A stretch of 64,000 nucleotides of DNA from Macrostomum hystrix. Lineage: Eukaryota; Animalia; Platyhelminthes. Both the position numbers and the translations under genes were made by a program. The number at the start of each line of letters is the position of its first letter. Positions within the stretch are counted from its first letter, which is position 1. Shown here in pieces: positions 1 to 11,409 of the stretch. The stretch spans positions 7,254,001 through 7,318,000 of the forward strand of contig CATNEN010000002.1 of the NCBI GenBank assembly GCA_950097015.1. The letters run 5' to 3'. The notes under the pieces were generated by a model, which was not told the origin of the DNA, did no database searches, and saw only the letters and a list, made by a program, of their open reading frames with translations.

Positions 1-710
1 AGTGTCTGAGGGGTAGAAGTGTCTGGATGGTAGAAGTGTCTGAGGGGTAGAAGTGCCTGAGGGGCAGAAGTGTCTGAGGGGTAGAAGTGTCTGAGGGGTA
101 GAAGTGTCTGAGTGGCAGAAGTGTCTGAGTGGTAGAAGTGTCTGGGGGGGTAGAAGTGTCTGGGGGGTAGAAGTGTCTGGGGGGTAGAAGTGTCTGAGGG
201 TAGAAGTTTCTGAGGGGTAGAAGTGTCTGAGGGGTAGAAGTGTCTGAGGGGCAGAAGTGTCTGAGGGGTAGAAGTGTCTGGGGGGTAGAAGTGTCTGGGG
301 GGTAGAAGTGTCTGGGGGGCAGAAGTGTCTGGGGGGTAGAAGTGTCTGGGGGGTAGAAGTGTCTGGGGGGCAGAAGTGTCTGAGGGGTAGAAGTGTCTGA
401 GGGGTAGAAGTGTCTGAGGGGCAGAAGTGTCTGAGGGGCAGAAGTGTCTGAGGGGTAGAAGTGTCTGGGGGGTAGAAGTGTCTGGGGGGCAGAAGTGTCT
501 GAGGGGCAGAAGTGTCTGAGGGGCAGAAGTGTCTGAGGGGCAGAAGTGTCTGAGGGGTAGAAGTGTCTGAGGGGTAGAAGTGTCTGAGGGGTAGAAGTGT
601 CTGGGGGGCAGAAGTGTCTGAGGGGCAGAAGTGTCTGAGGGGTAGAAGTGTCTGGGGGGCAGAAGTGTCTGAGGGGCAGAAGTGTCTGAGGGGTAGAAGT
701 GTCTGGGGGG
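1..710. repeat. 17-bp minisatellite (AGAAGTGTCTGAGGGGT)n, runs off the window start
   Basis: Direct tandem repeat. A shorter copy of the same array lies at about 10940-11160. Confidence 0.97.
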
Positions 711-949
711 CTGGTGGTCCGATCCGAAGATCGTGGCTCTCCCGCTCTCCTATGCGTACAATTTCACAGTGCGAGAGGCTAAAGTCGCTAATAAGAAAAA
801 GTTTTGATCCAAGGCAAGTTAGTTTATGTCTATGGGTGTACTAGAGTTAGATTTACGCCCATACTTAATTTGATGCGCATTAAAAAATCTTTAATTGCTT
901 GCCACTCTTACTCACTTTTATCACTTTAAAGCTTCGATTCTGAGTTAAA

Positions 950-2059
950 ATGGCAACCTTGCTTACTCTGCTGAGTCTGGGTTTCGTCTGTGCCCTTTTG
1001 GCCTGCATTACGAAACGTTGGAATGGCGGCGGACTGTTTGACTTGCAGGGTACGATATTGCTGAGTTGCTGCGATAACAAATCAACTTTTACACTCAGAA
1101 TATAGTAGCCCGTTAAACTTTTACGTTTCCCTTTGCAGAATACGGCTATTACGTATTTCGTGTCAGAGACATGACCCTCGTCGGCACCGTTGTTTTGGGG
1201 ATTGGCATGCTACTCGAGTTATTCGCGACTATGGTCAAGAAGCTCAAGACGAGCACTGCTCTCAACGTAGTGATCCTGATTTGCTGCATTATCAGCGGTG
1301 AGTACAAATCCTTGTTCCGCTAAATTTGCCCCTGAGTTAAAGCCACAGCGTGAACCTTTCTCTCCCAGATTTTACAGCTCGCTCACACTACCCCAACTCA
1401 ACAGCCCGCACCCACAACCCCAACTCTACGGCCCGCACCCACAACCCCAACTCTACGGCCCGCACCCACTACCCCAACTCTACAGCCCGCACCCACTACC
1501 CCAACTCTACGGCCCGCACCCACTACCCCAACTCTGTGGCCCGCACCCACAACCCCAACTCTACGGCCCGGACCCACTAACCCAACTCTACGGCCCGCAC
1601 CCACAACCCCAACTCTACAGCCCGCACCCACTACCCCAACTCTGTGGCCCGCACCCGCTACCCCAACTCTGTGGCCCGCACCCACTACCCCAACTCTGTG
1701 GCCCGCACCCACTACAACTATACCCCAACTCTACAGCCCGCACCTACCACCCCAATACTACCGCCCGCACCTACCACCCTAACTCTACAGCCCGCACCCA
1801 CCATCTAAATTCTAAGGCCAGTGCCGACGACCCCGAAGTCTATTTGAAAGTGCTCTTTTTATGTCAACAAGCCTCGAATTTTTTGTTTTAAGCGCTCTCC
1901 TTGTATGTGCACCCCGCAGTTCTAGAGCTGTCATCTGGCCTTTTCTTCTACCTCTGGAGGTACTCATATAGCGGCTACAGCCTCTGTCTGCTGACTGCCA
2001 GCGTTGTGTTCGCTATGGAAGCTCTGATTTTGAACATCAGGCAGTGGCGTCGCGGTTAA
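950..2059 (+). CDS. Minimal four-TM claudin/PMP22-superfamily-like protein, paralog 1 (132 aa, 3 exons)
   Basis: Exons 950-1049, 1139-1297 and 1920-2059 have GT-AG introns in matching phase 1. They give MATLLTLLSLGFVCALLACITKRWNGGGLFDLQEYGYYVFRVRDMTLVGTVVLGIGMLLELFATMVKKLKTSTALNVVILICCIISVLELSSGLFFYLWRYSYSGYSLCLLTASVVFAMEALILNIRQWRRG*. Four hydrophobic segments, a W..GLF motif after TM1 and a YSGYS motif before TM4. Structure is conserved in copy 2. Confidence 0.85.
1385..1800. repeat. 27-bp minisatellite (CCACTACCCCAACTCTACAGCCCGCAC)n in intron 2 of paralog 1
   Basis: Direct tandem repeat; counterpart at 11830-12145. Confidence 0.95.
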
Positions 2060-3032
2060 AGATTTATTTTTTTTGAACAGGCTAGCAATATTTGGCATTC
2101 TACTAGTATTAAAAAGACAATTTAATTCGACAGGACAAAGACTGAAAGATATTGACTCATTATGTTTTCAGTTTTAACTTCATGTATCCCCCTTTTGCCC
2201 CGGGCGAGTGTCTATGTGATGCATGTTTTCATTTATTTCCCTAGGTAAATAAATCATTTATTTCCCGCTGCCCCGCGGGAAGCGGGTTCGAAGCGGGCTT
2301 CGTCTCGGTCAATAAACGAGACACCTCTTGCTTTTGCCCGCTAGACAACAAAATAAATGGGGAATATATACCATTTATTTGCATCGGTGCAAATAAACGG
2401 TTCATTTCACTCGCGCGTAGAAAATATTAAAACGCTGCTTCAAACTGCTCAATAGTCTAAATCAATAAACTTCACTTTACTTCACTCAGAGCTCAAATTT
2501 AATTTGACCATAGACATCGAATATTTTTTTTGCTTTTTACCTCATAAAATTTAATAACGGGCTAAACGCCCCCTTGACCCCGCTTACCCTGTTACGCTGC
2601 TTCTAATTTTAAGTGGGGATACATCTCGCATTCCAAATTAATACCACATTAATTCCACAAAAATGCTTTCGTGCCTCGCTTATTGACCTCAAGCAATAAG
2701 TCACTCAAGTCACTCAAGTCACTCAAGCATTTTGTGCCTAAGAACTGGTATAAATATATGAGTTGCATTGTATAACGTTGGATTAGTGCTTTAGAAGGTT
2801 CGTTAGATGCACGCTCGTTTAAAGAGCTAAGGGAGCTAGTTGAGGAGGAGTGCTGAGAAAAAATATTTTCTTAATTCACACTCATGCGAGAATATGGCCC
2901 AGTCACCAGCTAAAGTCAAGCTTTCGAATTTGAGAAAATTTCCAAACGAGATGATATCCGCATTGTCTACCGAGGAGATTGACCCAATTCTGGATGAGCC
3001 TGATGATCTACCGGAGTCGGCGATTGATCGAG

Positions 3033-4234
3033 TAGATGATCGCAGTTTAGCGTGAACTTGGCTCCCAGCAGAAAGTGCCTCGCTCGCTGTGTCGCCCACA
3101 CGATGGCCAGAGCCTCCCTCTCGATGTTGGAATAGTTTTGCTCGGCTGCCGTCAGCCGCCTGGAGAAGTAGAGCACTGGGTGGCCGTCTTGCGTGAGGAT
3201 GGCTGAAACCGCCTTCTCACTAGCGTCCGTAGTCAGAGTCGTGCGCTTCGTCGGGTCGAAGATCCGGATCACCGGATAGGCCGCCAGCGCCCGTTTAAGT
3301 TCGTCGAACTCCTTCTGCTGGTTCGGGCCCCATTTGAACGGTGTCTGGCGGCTCCTTAAGGCAGTCAGCGGCTCGACTCGCTTGGAGTAGGCCTGGATGT
3401 AGCGGGCGTAGTAGTTCGTCAGCCCTAGGAATGACTCCAGTTCCTTCCGACACGTTGGCGCTTTGGTTTGCAGCACTTTCTCCACCAGCTTGGTGTCCGG
3501 CCGGATGCCTTCAGCAGAGATTCGGTATCCCAGAAAGGATATTTCGGTGCTCCTGAAGACGCACTTTTTCTCGTTGATCTCCATCCCTGACTTGCTCAGC
3601 TTGGCTAGCAGTTGTTCGACTTTTGCGTCCAGTTCAGCTGCTGTCCGGGCGCCGATGCAGACATCGTCCTGATAGATCACCAGGTTCGTCACCAGACCGC
3701 CGATCGTGGCTTCCATGGCAGCTTGGAACTGCGCGCTCGCAGTTTTCACGCCGTAAGGCATCCTCGTCCAGCGCAGCAAACCGATCGGGGTGTTGATGGT
3801 GAGGATTTCCCTGGCCGACTCGTCCAGCTCGATCTGGTTGTAGGCGTTCGTCAGGTCAACCGTGGCGAAGTGGGACATCCCTGACAGCTCTGTAAAGGCT
3901 GTCTCGATGTTCGGGAGCGGGTACGAGTCTGCGCAAATTTGCGGGTTCACACTCACTTTGTAGTCGGCGCAGATCCGCATGGCGCCGTCGGTCTATCGCG
4001 GCCAGGCGCATTGATAGCCTGAGCGTGGGCGGGCACGGTGCCGCCAATGTCCTTTAACTCTTCACTGACCTATTAATGTACATGCCTATTGTGTGGCACG
4101 TGGCCACCGCTCAATAATATCGCACGTTGTACTTGTATCTCGCGTTCTATATAAGTGATGTGACTGATGCACAAATTTATTATCGTGTTCGCTCCAAACT
4201 AACAAACATAAGATTCACTCTAAACGACACGACA
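3033..4234 (-). mobile_element. Deleted Ty3/Gypsy LTR retrotransposon: 5' LTR, PBS and RT-RNase H fragment
   Basis: ORF 3980-2967 has RT motifs (MRICADYK, YPLP, FATVDL..AYNQI, YQDD) and RNase H motifs (TDAS, EREALAI, CDH). A 187-bp LTR at 4048-4234 has TGTC...GACA ends, followed on the minus strand by a PBS-like TGGCGGCACCGTG from 4046. gag, protease, integrase and the 3' LTR are missing. The element is absent from duplicate copy 2. Confidence 0.92.
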
Positions 4235-4303
4235 CGAAGATCTACTAGAGTCTCTTTTCCAGAAGATACCCGACGAAGAGGCTGCGCTCGCATTTGCACT
4301 GGA

Positions 4304-5043
4304 CCGACGCTGCGGCGGCGAGCGTCGGTCTGGTGGTCAACACGCAGAAGACCGTCGTGCTCTGCGTGCCGGGCGACATCGAGGCCGCAATTTTCTGCCG
4401 AGGCGCTGACGGGCAGGTGGCGGAACTCCCGCGCTGTCAGCAATTCGTCTACCTTGGCGGTCTGGCGCTTAACGTCCGCGAGGATCTGCGGCGTCGCCGC
4501 GGTCTTGCCTGGGCAGCCTTCCACTCGGTGCGAGCTGTCCTGCATTCCGTGGCCCTGCCTGACCGTCAGAGGGCGGCGCTGTTCCAGGCGGTGGTCGAGA
4601 CCGTCCTGCTTTACAACGCCGAGACATGGACGCTGACGGAGACGCTGGAGCATCTAGTCGATGCAGCGCACGCTGGCCTGCTGCGCGCTGCCTTCAAAGT
4701 CGGCAAGGATGATCGGACCACCAACGCGGCACTCTATCGCCGCGCCGGCCTGACCCGTCCAAGCGAGCTGTTGCGCCGTCGGCGGCTACAGCTGGCAGGC
4801 CACCTAATCCGAGCCGAGGAGTACTGCCCCCAGCCCGTGCAAGAGGTACTTCTGCTGACGACGCAAGCACCCTACCGGCGGGGGCAAGCGCGAACTCGGC
4901 GTTTCGTCGACTGCCTGCTAGCCGACGCCGGCGCCCCGGATACTGCCGGGGGTCCTGCTTTTGTTCGCGCCCAGGCCTTGAAACATGCCTTCTGACGCCA
5001 TGGACCATGGAGAGACCTGGCGTATATTGTTGTTGTTGTTGTG
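4304..5043 (+). mobile_element. 5'-truncated RTE-clade non-LTR retrotransposon
   Basis: C-terminal RT/thumb motifs (GLVVNTQKT, FVYLGG, LLYNAETWTL) ending at 4995, then a (GTT)n tail. 10-bp TSD TTGCACTGGA at 4294-4303 and 5044-5053. The empty site is present in copy 2 near 14277. Confidence 0.92.
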
Positions 5044-5289
5044 TTGCACTGGAACAACTCATTTCTGAAATTGAAGAGACCGCTGCTAGCGAAAGTGTGA
5101 CAAAGGCTACTGAATATTACTTCTGCAAGTTGCCAAGCTTCATGGAGAACCATCCGTCAGTTCAGTGGGATTTGTAGACTGCGACACCGCGAGAGAGATC
5201 TCCTACTTCGGCGACAGAGGTGGCGAGTGGATTCGCTCCCTGAGCAACGAATCCTTTCGTTTGGAGACGGATTCGGATGCGATTGAAGT

Positions 5290-8095
5290 GGTAGCGTATT
5301 TAGTTATTCTGGGTAGCGTACTTAGTTATTCTAGGTTGCGTATTAAGTTATTCTGGGTAGCGTATTTCGTTTTTCTGGGTAGCGTATCTAGTTATTCTGG
5401 GTAGCGTATTTAGTTATTCTGGGTAGCGCATTTAGTTATTTTGGGTAGCGTACTTAGTTATTCTAGGTTGCGTATTCAGTTATTCTGGGTAGCGTATTTA
5501 GTTATTCTGGGTAGCGTATTCAGTTATTCTGGGTAGCGTATTTAGTTATTCTGGGTAGCGTATTTAGTTATTCTGGGTAGCGTATTTAGGTATTCTGGGT
5601 TTGATGTGGAGTGTGCTGCGGGAATCGAGTGGGAATGTGAGCCAGCGGAATTTTTCCAATTTTTAGTAGCCAAATAATCGCGACCCACATAGCAGCTGGC
5701 CGCAGAACACCATCATTAATCTTAGGGCCGGGCTTGGGGCGGAGGTGAATTAAGTAGCCGCCGATTCCCCTTGCCTCGGATCTGTCTAGTCTCCTGTAGA
5801 AGTGACTGATCGCGGCCATAGCAATACTGTATGGACTAGTTTAGGTCATAATTCCCCTCCAAACCGCGATCAGATTGTAGGGATCACTCATGCGTCTAGA
5901 GTGAGCATTAATTCTTCATGTCCCCTTTCTTTACTGTAACCCGAGCCGAAGCTCGATTATGACCTTTTCCCCCTTTAGATACATGTAACGACACTATAGG
6001 CAGGTCGGCGCCTGCGCTTCCCATATCCCGGCGGGATCACAATCATTGGCCGACTGCCGGCAGACGCTCCTAGTGGGGCATCTGGCGATTCTCGCCGCCG
6101 CTTCGGTGGGCAATTGGGGTGGCATAATGCCGACCCGATTCCTCGCTGACAGGCTGGCGAGCATGTGGGTTGCTTTGATGGATGCGGGGTTGACGGAGCT
6201 GCAGGACTATTTAAGAAAGCGCGCTGCGCTGCCCCTTTTACCTGGACCTTCCTTCCACAAGCCTTCCCTCCGAACCTTCCCTGGAGCAAACTTCCCCTTT
6301 GGACCTTCTCCCCCTGTCCGGTCCCGGAACTCGGTCCGTGGACTCTCCCCCTGCTAGCCTAGCACTTAGCCCCTGAGCCTGAGGCTCCAGAGCATAGCTG
6401 CAGGTAAATACCTGTTAGTTCCCGTAAGTATAAGCCACCTCCTTGGGTGAGCTCCAATTGAGCATCGAGCTCCTTGCAGCCTGGCCCCTTGCCAGCTGTG
6501 TTTAGCAACTCCTCGTCTCGTTCCCCTTTTATTTGCCCATCCCTACGAGAGCGACGGCCTGCAGCAAAGTCAGCCAGCATCAGATAAGTAACCCGCGCAG
6601 CGGACACTAATTGTTATCCCTAAGGGATTTATTATTTAGCTAGTGGGGCAAACGGGGCAAGGGCGGTATTTTAGCCTAATAAACCATTTATTAATTGACT
6701 GCCATTTTTAATAATTAGGCCAATTTTATAACAACTAAACCTTTCCTTATCATGCTATTCTCTTCTCTTTATTTTATCGCTAGGCAGCCCTCGATCATGA
6801 GTGGCTAACTTATTAGGGGGATGGGCTCTGGTGATGCCGAGCTGAAAGCTGCGGCAGGAAGACAACTGTGAGCGCGCATGAAAGTAATAAGGAGCTAGGG
6901 ATTTGCGAGTAAAATGCGGAATGTAGCGTGTGCATTGCTGCTTAGGGGCGGGGAATTCCTTGGCCGGCTTTCCTCTCTCACTGGCGGATTCCAGTGTACG
7001 CGTCAAACTCCTTTGTCAATTGAATTCTCCTTCTATTCCCCGCCCTCGCAACTACGGCCATGGGAGCGAGAGGCGTGACCTAATATTTATCGCTTGCATA
7101 ATCACTCAGCCAGTGTTCTGCTTAATCTCTCCTGCCTCTGACTTCCTCATCTCACCCAGATTCGGATTTGCTAGTTATTTAATGTGTAGGCTGCAATCTA
7201 ATGTAAGGAATGTGCCTGATGTTTCATGAGTAGGATTCCGGCTATGGGTTTCTCATTCGAGTTCGGAGTACCACCTTTCTAGACCACTGTAGCGCAGTTT
7301 CAGGAATCCCCTGTTGAGGCGTGTCTCGATTCCTTCTGGGGTCTTCGCCCTAGTCTAAAACGGAGGTTACAGAATGCCCTATTTTTCGGCTTGTCTGAGA
7401 TCTGTGTGACAAACTAGGAGCTGTGAACTCCGGGGACCCAAGTTCCCAAATGTCTGCGGTGGCAACGTAGGCGCATTGGGTGGTGGCGCTACCCTAGATC
7501 ATTTTCCGCTTTGCCAATAGCCTTTCCGCATTTCTAAGACAAGAGCCTGGGCCGAATCGACCACTGCTACCACTGTTAGGAGTCAGTTATGTACATGCTA
7601 CTGATGACAGTAGGCTATCTAGCCCTGTCCTACCTGCTTGCGGGTAGTCCGATATCTCTTTAGACTTTAGCCGGTTTCGAGCACTGCTTGGGGTAGGCAC
7701 GGCAATCATGCCTGTGGCCTATGGGTTGAGTGGGACTGGCCAGCCTGAGGCCGAGAGGACCACTCCCTGCATCCACTGTCTCTCCCTTCATCTCTCCCTT
7801 CATCCCCCTCCCCGCGATAAATCGCGAGGCTTTGCGGTACGACTTCTAACTCTATCGCCATTCCCACACTCCCTTTCTCTCTTGAGGATAGGTCATCGGA
7901 TTGCAAAACCCGCACCCACTTCAGGTTGCGTATTTAGTTATTCTGGGTAGCGTATTTAGTTATTCTAGGTTGCGTATTTAGTTATTCTGGGTAGCGTATT
8001 TAGTTATTCTGGGTAGCGTATTTAGTTATTCTGGGTAGCGTATTTAGTTATTCTGGGTAGCGTATTTAGTTATTCTGGGTAGCGTATTGTCTGGG
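5290..8095. repeat. 22-bp minisatellite (GGTAGCGTATTTAGTTATTCTG)n, split into about 5290-5601 and 7924-8095 by an insertion
   Basis: Direct repeats on both sides of the 5602-7923 insertion; related array at 14865-15255. Confidence 0.93.
5602..7923. mobile_element. 2.3-kb solo-LTR-like insertion inside the 22-bp satellite
   Basis: TG...CA ends with an imperfect 8-bp inverted repeat (TGATGTGG / CCACTTCA). 4-bp TSD GGTT at 5598-5601 and 7924-7927. Internal TATA-like GGACTATTTAAG near 6206 and AATAAA near 6678. No recognisable coding capacity; absent from copy 2. Confidence 0.65.
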
Positions 8096-9814
8096 TAACG
8101 TAAAAATGACCCCCTATCCAATGCAATCTAAAATTAATATATAATATTTTCTGATGAGCAGCAGTCATGGACTTTGATTGTCAGACTGATTGGCTATTGA
8201 AGCGAAGCTGAAATCGAGCAAAATGTAGTCGCATTGCTTTAGCAGCAGAACTACAAATAGAAGAATTCCCCCACACAATTTTCGTGCTGCACCCGAACGG
8301 AGCAACGCAAGCACACAAAACTCAAGCCAACTTTTTTTGCGCATCTTCTGAAACAATAATCAAGTCGCCAGCTCCTCAGACCTTCGAGATATTCAATGTT
8401 TCTGGCTGGAGTTCAGATTTTTCCTATAAGAGCTAATGTATTTCATACCCCCTTTACACTAATTAGCACTGCCTTGCCAGGCCTTCGAAATTTGCCGTCA
8501 TTTTCTTGCCAGTCAACGAATGTGCCTGCATCTTCTCCGTTTTCTGTGGTCATCGATCTTTATCTAGACGGACTGCTGGACCTTCAAGGGCTACAATGGA
8601 CACCCTGACGCGAATTACTCCAGTTTCACTGATCAAGCATAAAACATTAGGCGCAGCTCAACCACAGTACACCATCGCCTAGTCTGTCAACCAATCAGTC
8701 ACCACCCACCGCTGTTAGCATTCAAGCGCTGCCAAAAATATTTCAGCGCCCCCTTTGTAATCAGGTGGCAAAATGGCTTTGGTAGTCCTACTGTTAATGT
8801 CTTAAGTCCTCTCCTCTCTACTCTCAGTAGTGCGAAACAAAATAAAATGTCGAAGAAATACGAGTAAGACCTCAAGATTTAGTTTCTCAGTCCTCAGAAG
8901 CGCAATGTGAAGGGACATAGATTTTTATCTTGGCTTTTGATTGCTTTAAAAGCGGCTTCGCTTAAGACGTCACCGTGAAGACACTGAGGTCCACCTGATG
9001 TCTGGCGATCAAAAGCAGAATTGTTCGGGCACGCGTTTCTTTTAACTTGGAACAAGAGACAGAGAGATCAGCTTTCTTTACTCTGCCTTGAAATAGGAAA
9101 TACACGGAAGGGCTTGAGTACTTCAGTTCAGAAAATCTTAGAATTTTTTTATTTTTAAACACTTAATGCCTCTTTGAGCAGAAAGCAAAGCTGGTTCACT
9201 TGAGTAAGTTCGGCAGTTTTCCATCTTTTCTTCTTGCCATGCCAACTATCTCTTAATTTTCGGCTGTTTCGGTTGAATCTGCAGCCCCAACAGGTATCTA
9301 TATACAGAAACAGAACAGTATTGTATCTGCCCTGCCACTAAACCTTGGCCTCCGCTACTCCTCATCAGATCCACATCTACCTGGGAAAAAACAAAATGCA
9401 AAATTCCCAAAGAAGGAAGGGGAGAAAGCAAGGCGATATGAAGCCCGAGGGAGGTCCGGAGATAAGAGAAGATTAATTCTTGTCTCCTCCATCATTTTCT
9501 TCCGTTGCTACCTGTGGCGAGTAGCTGGGGGGGATGGCAGGAGACTCGAAGGAGTTGAAAATCCTGCCGAGGGAGCGGACTGCACATCGGGGCGAAGTCC
9601 TTTTGCTTCATTCTTACCCGAATCTTTGGGGTGGCGGCAATGGCGTGTCGGCGGGGCGAGAGCGACAGTCAGCTGACTGATTGACTGCCTGGCTGACGGT
9701 TGGTGTCAGCTTAGTTTTGCAATTTTGCTCAATTTAACAATTTCCATCAAGGTTTGCGCAGTTTTCACTGTCTAAGAGTGCACGGATAAAAGTGCAGGAC
9801 TCGGAGCTATTGAA

Positions 9815-10150
9815 AGACTCCTGCTTCGATTCTTGTTGTCTCTCCTGCTTCGATACTTAGCGTGTCTCTCCTGCTTCGATTCTTGTTGTCTCTCCTGCTT
9901 CGATACTTAGCGTGTCTCTCCTGCTTCGATTCTTGTTGTCTCTCCTGCTTCGATTCTTGGTGTCTCTCCTGCTTCGATACTTAGTGTGTCTCTCCTGCTT
10001 CGATTCTTGTTGTCTCTCCTGCTTCGATACTTAGCGTGTCTCTCCTGCTTCGATTCTTGTTGTCTCTCCTGCTTCGATACTTAGCGTGTCTCTCCTGCTT
10101 CGATTCTTGGTGTCTCTTCTGCTTCGATACTTGGTGTGTCTTCTCAGCGT
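9815..10150. repeat. 24/26-bp minisatellite (TCTCCTGCTTCGATTCTTGTTGTC / TCTCCTGCTTCGATACTTAGCGTGTC)
   Basis: Direct repeats; longer counterpart at 16385-16890. Confidence 0.95.
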
Positions 10151-10304
10151 TAAAAAATTAATGTGACCTTTTTCGCATCGACCCAGCTTTGATCTGAGTG
10201 ACTTACAGCTGTCAACAGGTATTTATGATAGTTTTTATTATACAGATGGTGTAGCTTAAAACTTTTCGTTTGTTCCTTTTTTAAGCAAATGACACATTCA
10301 TGGC

Positions 10305-10655
10305 AGGGGGTGAGTACTGCAGCGAAACGCGTCTGCCTCCCGCGCTAAGGTCCCTGAGCTCGATTCTGCGGCGAAGCCACTTTCATTTGGGTCCATCCGC
10401 GGAGAGAAGGCTTGGGGTTTGTTGTGCAATTTAAGCCCTCAAGGGCGACCACCCAATGCTCAGTAAGAGGGTACACTGCCTGACGATAAGAAAGTCATGC
10501 CAGATTTACACACCTGTGTGAGCGTTTGCCTGAGTAAAGCTTCTGTGTGCGAGTGTGCTCAGGAGTCAGCGAAACAGGCAAAATTGCCCCCTCGCTGGCT
10601 GCGGGTCTAGTGAGTCACCAAATGATGCGCCATTGCCCACAGCCCTCCTGCAAAT
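10305..10655 (+). mobile_element. tRNA-derived SINE, decayed copy
   Basis: Colinear with the reverse complement of the full-length copy at 62414-62750. Confidence 0.85.
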
Positions 10656-10939
10656 AAAATTAATTCCTACTTCACTACGGTACTATCCATTCAATGCAGC
10701 GCCAAGTGGGTGAGGAATCTGTATTACGAGCCGCTGTTTTATTCTAAATGCTTTGACATTGCAGTGAAAACATTTACGGGGGGAATGTTGACATTAGGGC
10801 TGCGATATTCTGATGTCATGTACAAGTGCTCACGAAAGCAGAACTACCAGAAACTCGATGGCTGAAGGCATGAAGACATTGTGAGTGACGATATCCGGGG
10901 CGGGGGGTATTGGCAGTTAAAAGTGGACGTTGGGATCGT

Positions 10940-11160
10940 CACAAGTGTCTGGGGCGTAGAAGTGTCTGAGGGGTAGAAGTGTCTGAGGGGTAGAAGTGTC
11001 TGAGGGGTATAAGTGTCTGAGGGGTAGAAGTGTCTGAGGGGTATAAGTGTTTGAGGGGTAGAAGTGTCTGAGGGGTAGAAGTGTCTGAGGGGTAGAAGTG
11101 TCTGAGGGGTAGAAGTGTCTGAGGGGTAGAAAGTCTGAGGGGTAGAAGTGTCTGAGGGGC
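10940..11160. repeat. 17-bp minisatellite, copy 2
   Basis: Same unit as 1-710. Confidence 0.95.
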
Positions 11161-11409
11161 TGGTGGTCCGATTCAAAGATATATTTCGTGCATGGCTCAT
11201 ACGCTCTCCTATGCGCACAACTTCACCAGTGCAAGAGAGGCTAAAGTCAATATAAAGTAAAAGTTTTGATCCAAGGCAAGTTAATTTACGTCTATGGGTG
11301 TACTAGATTTAGATTTACCCCGTACTTAATTTGATGCGTATTTAAAAATCTTTTTTGCTTGCCACTCTTGCTCACTCTTATCACTCTTAAGGTTCGATTC
11401 TGAGTTAAA

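Larger units (their letters stand above)
2840..5200 (+). pseudogene. Crypton-like tyrosine-recombinase remnant, copy 1, split by two insertions (host segments about 2840-3032, 4235-4303, 5054-5200)
   Basis: The three segments join to match the uninterrupted sequence at about 14011-14420. Confidence 0.75.

Noticed and set aside
6612-6622. Partial I-SceI site (TAGGGATAACA on the minus strand), suggesting vector or transgene DNA
   Set aside because: Only 11 of 18 nt match and no other vector sequence is nearby; consistent with chance.
8962-9162. Minus-strand 66-aa ORF retained in both duplicate copies (also 15560-15781)
   Set aside because: Conservation is explained by the recent duplication; no motif, codon bias or clear splice context.
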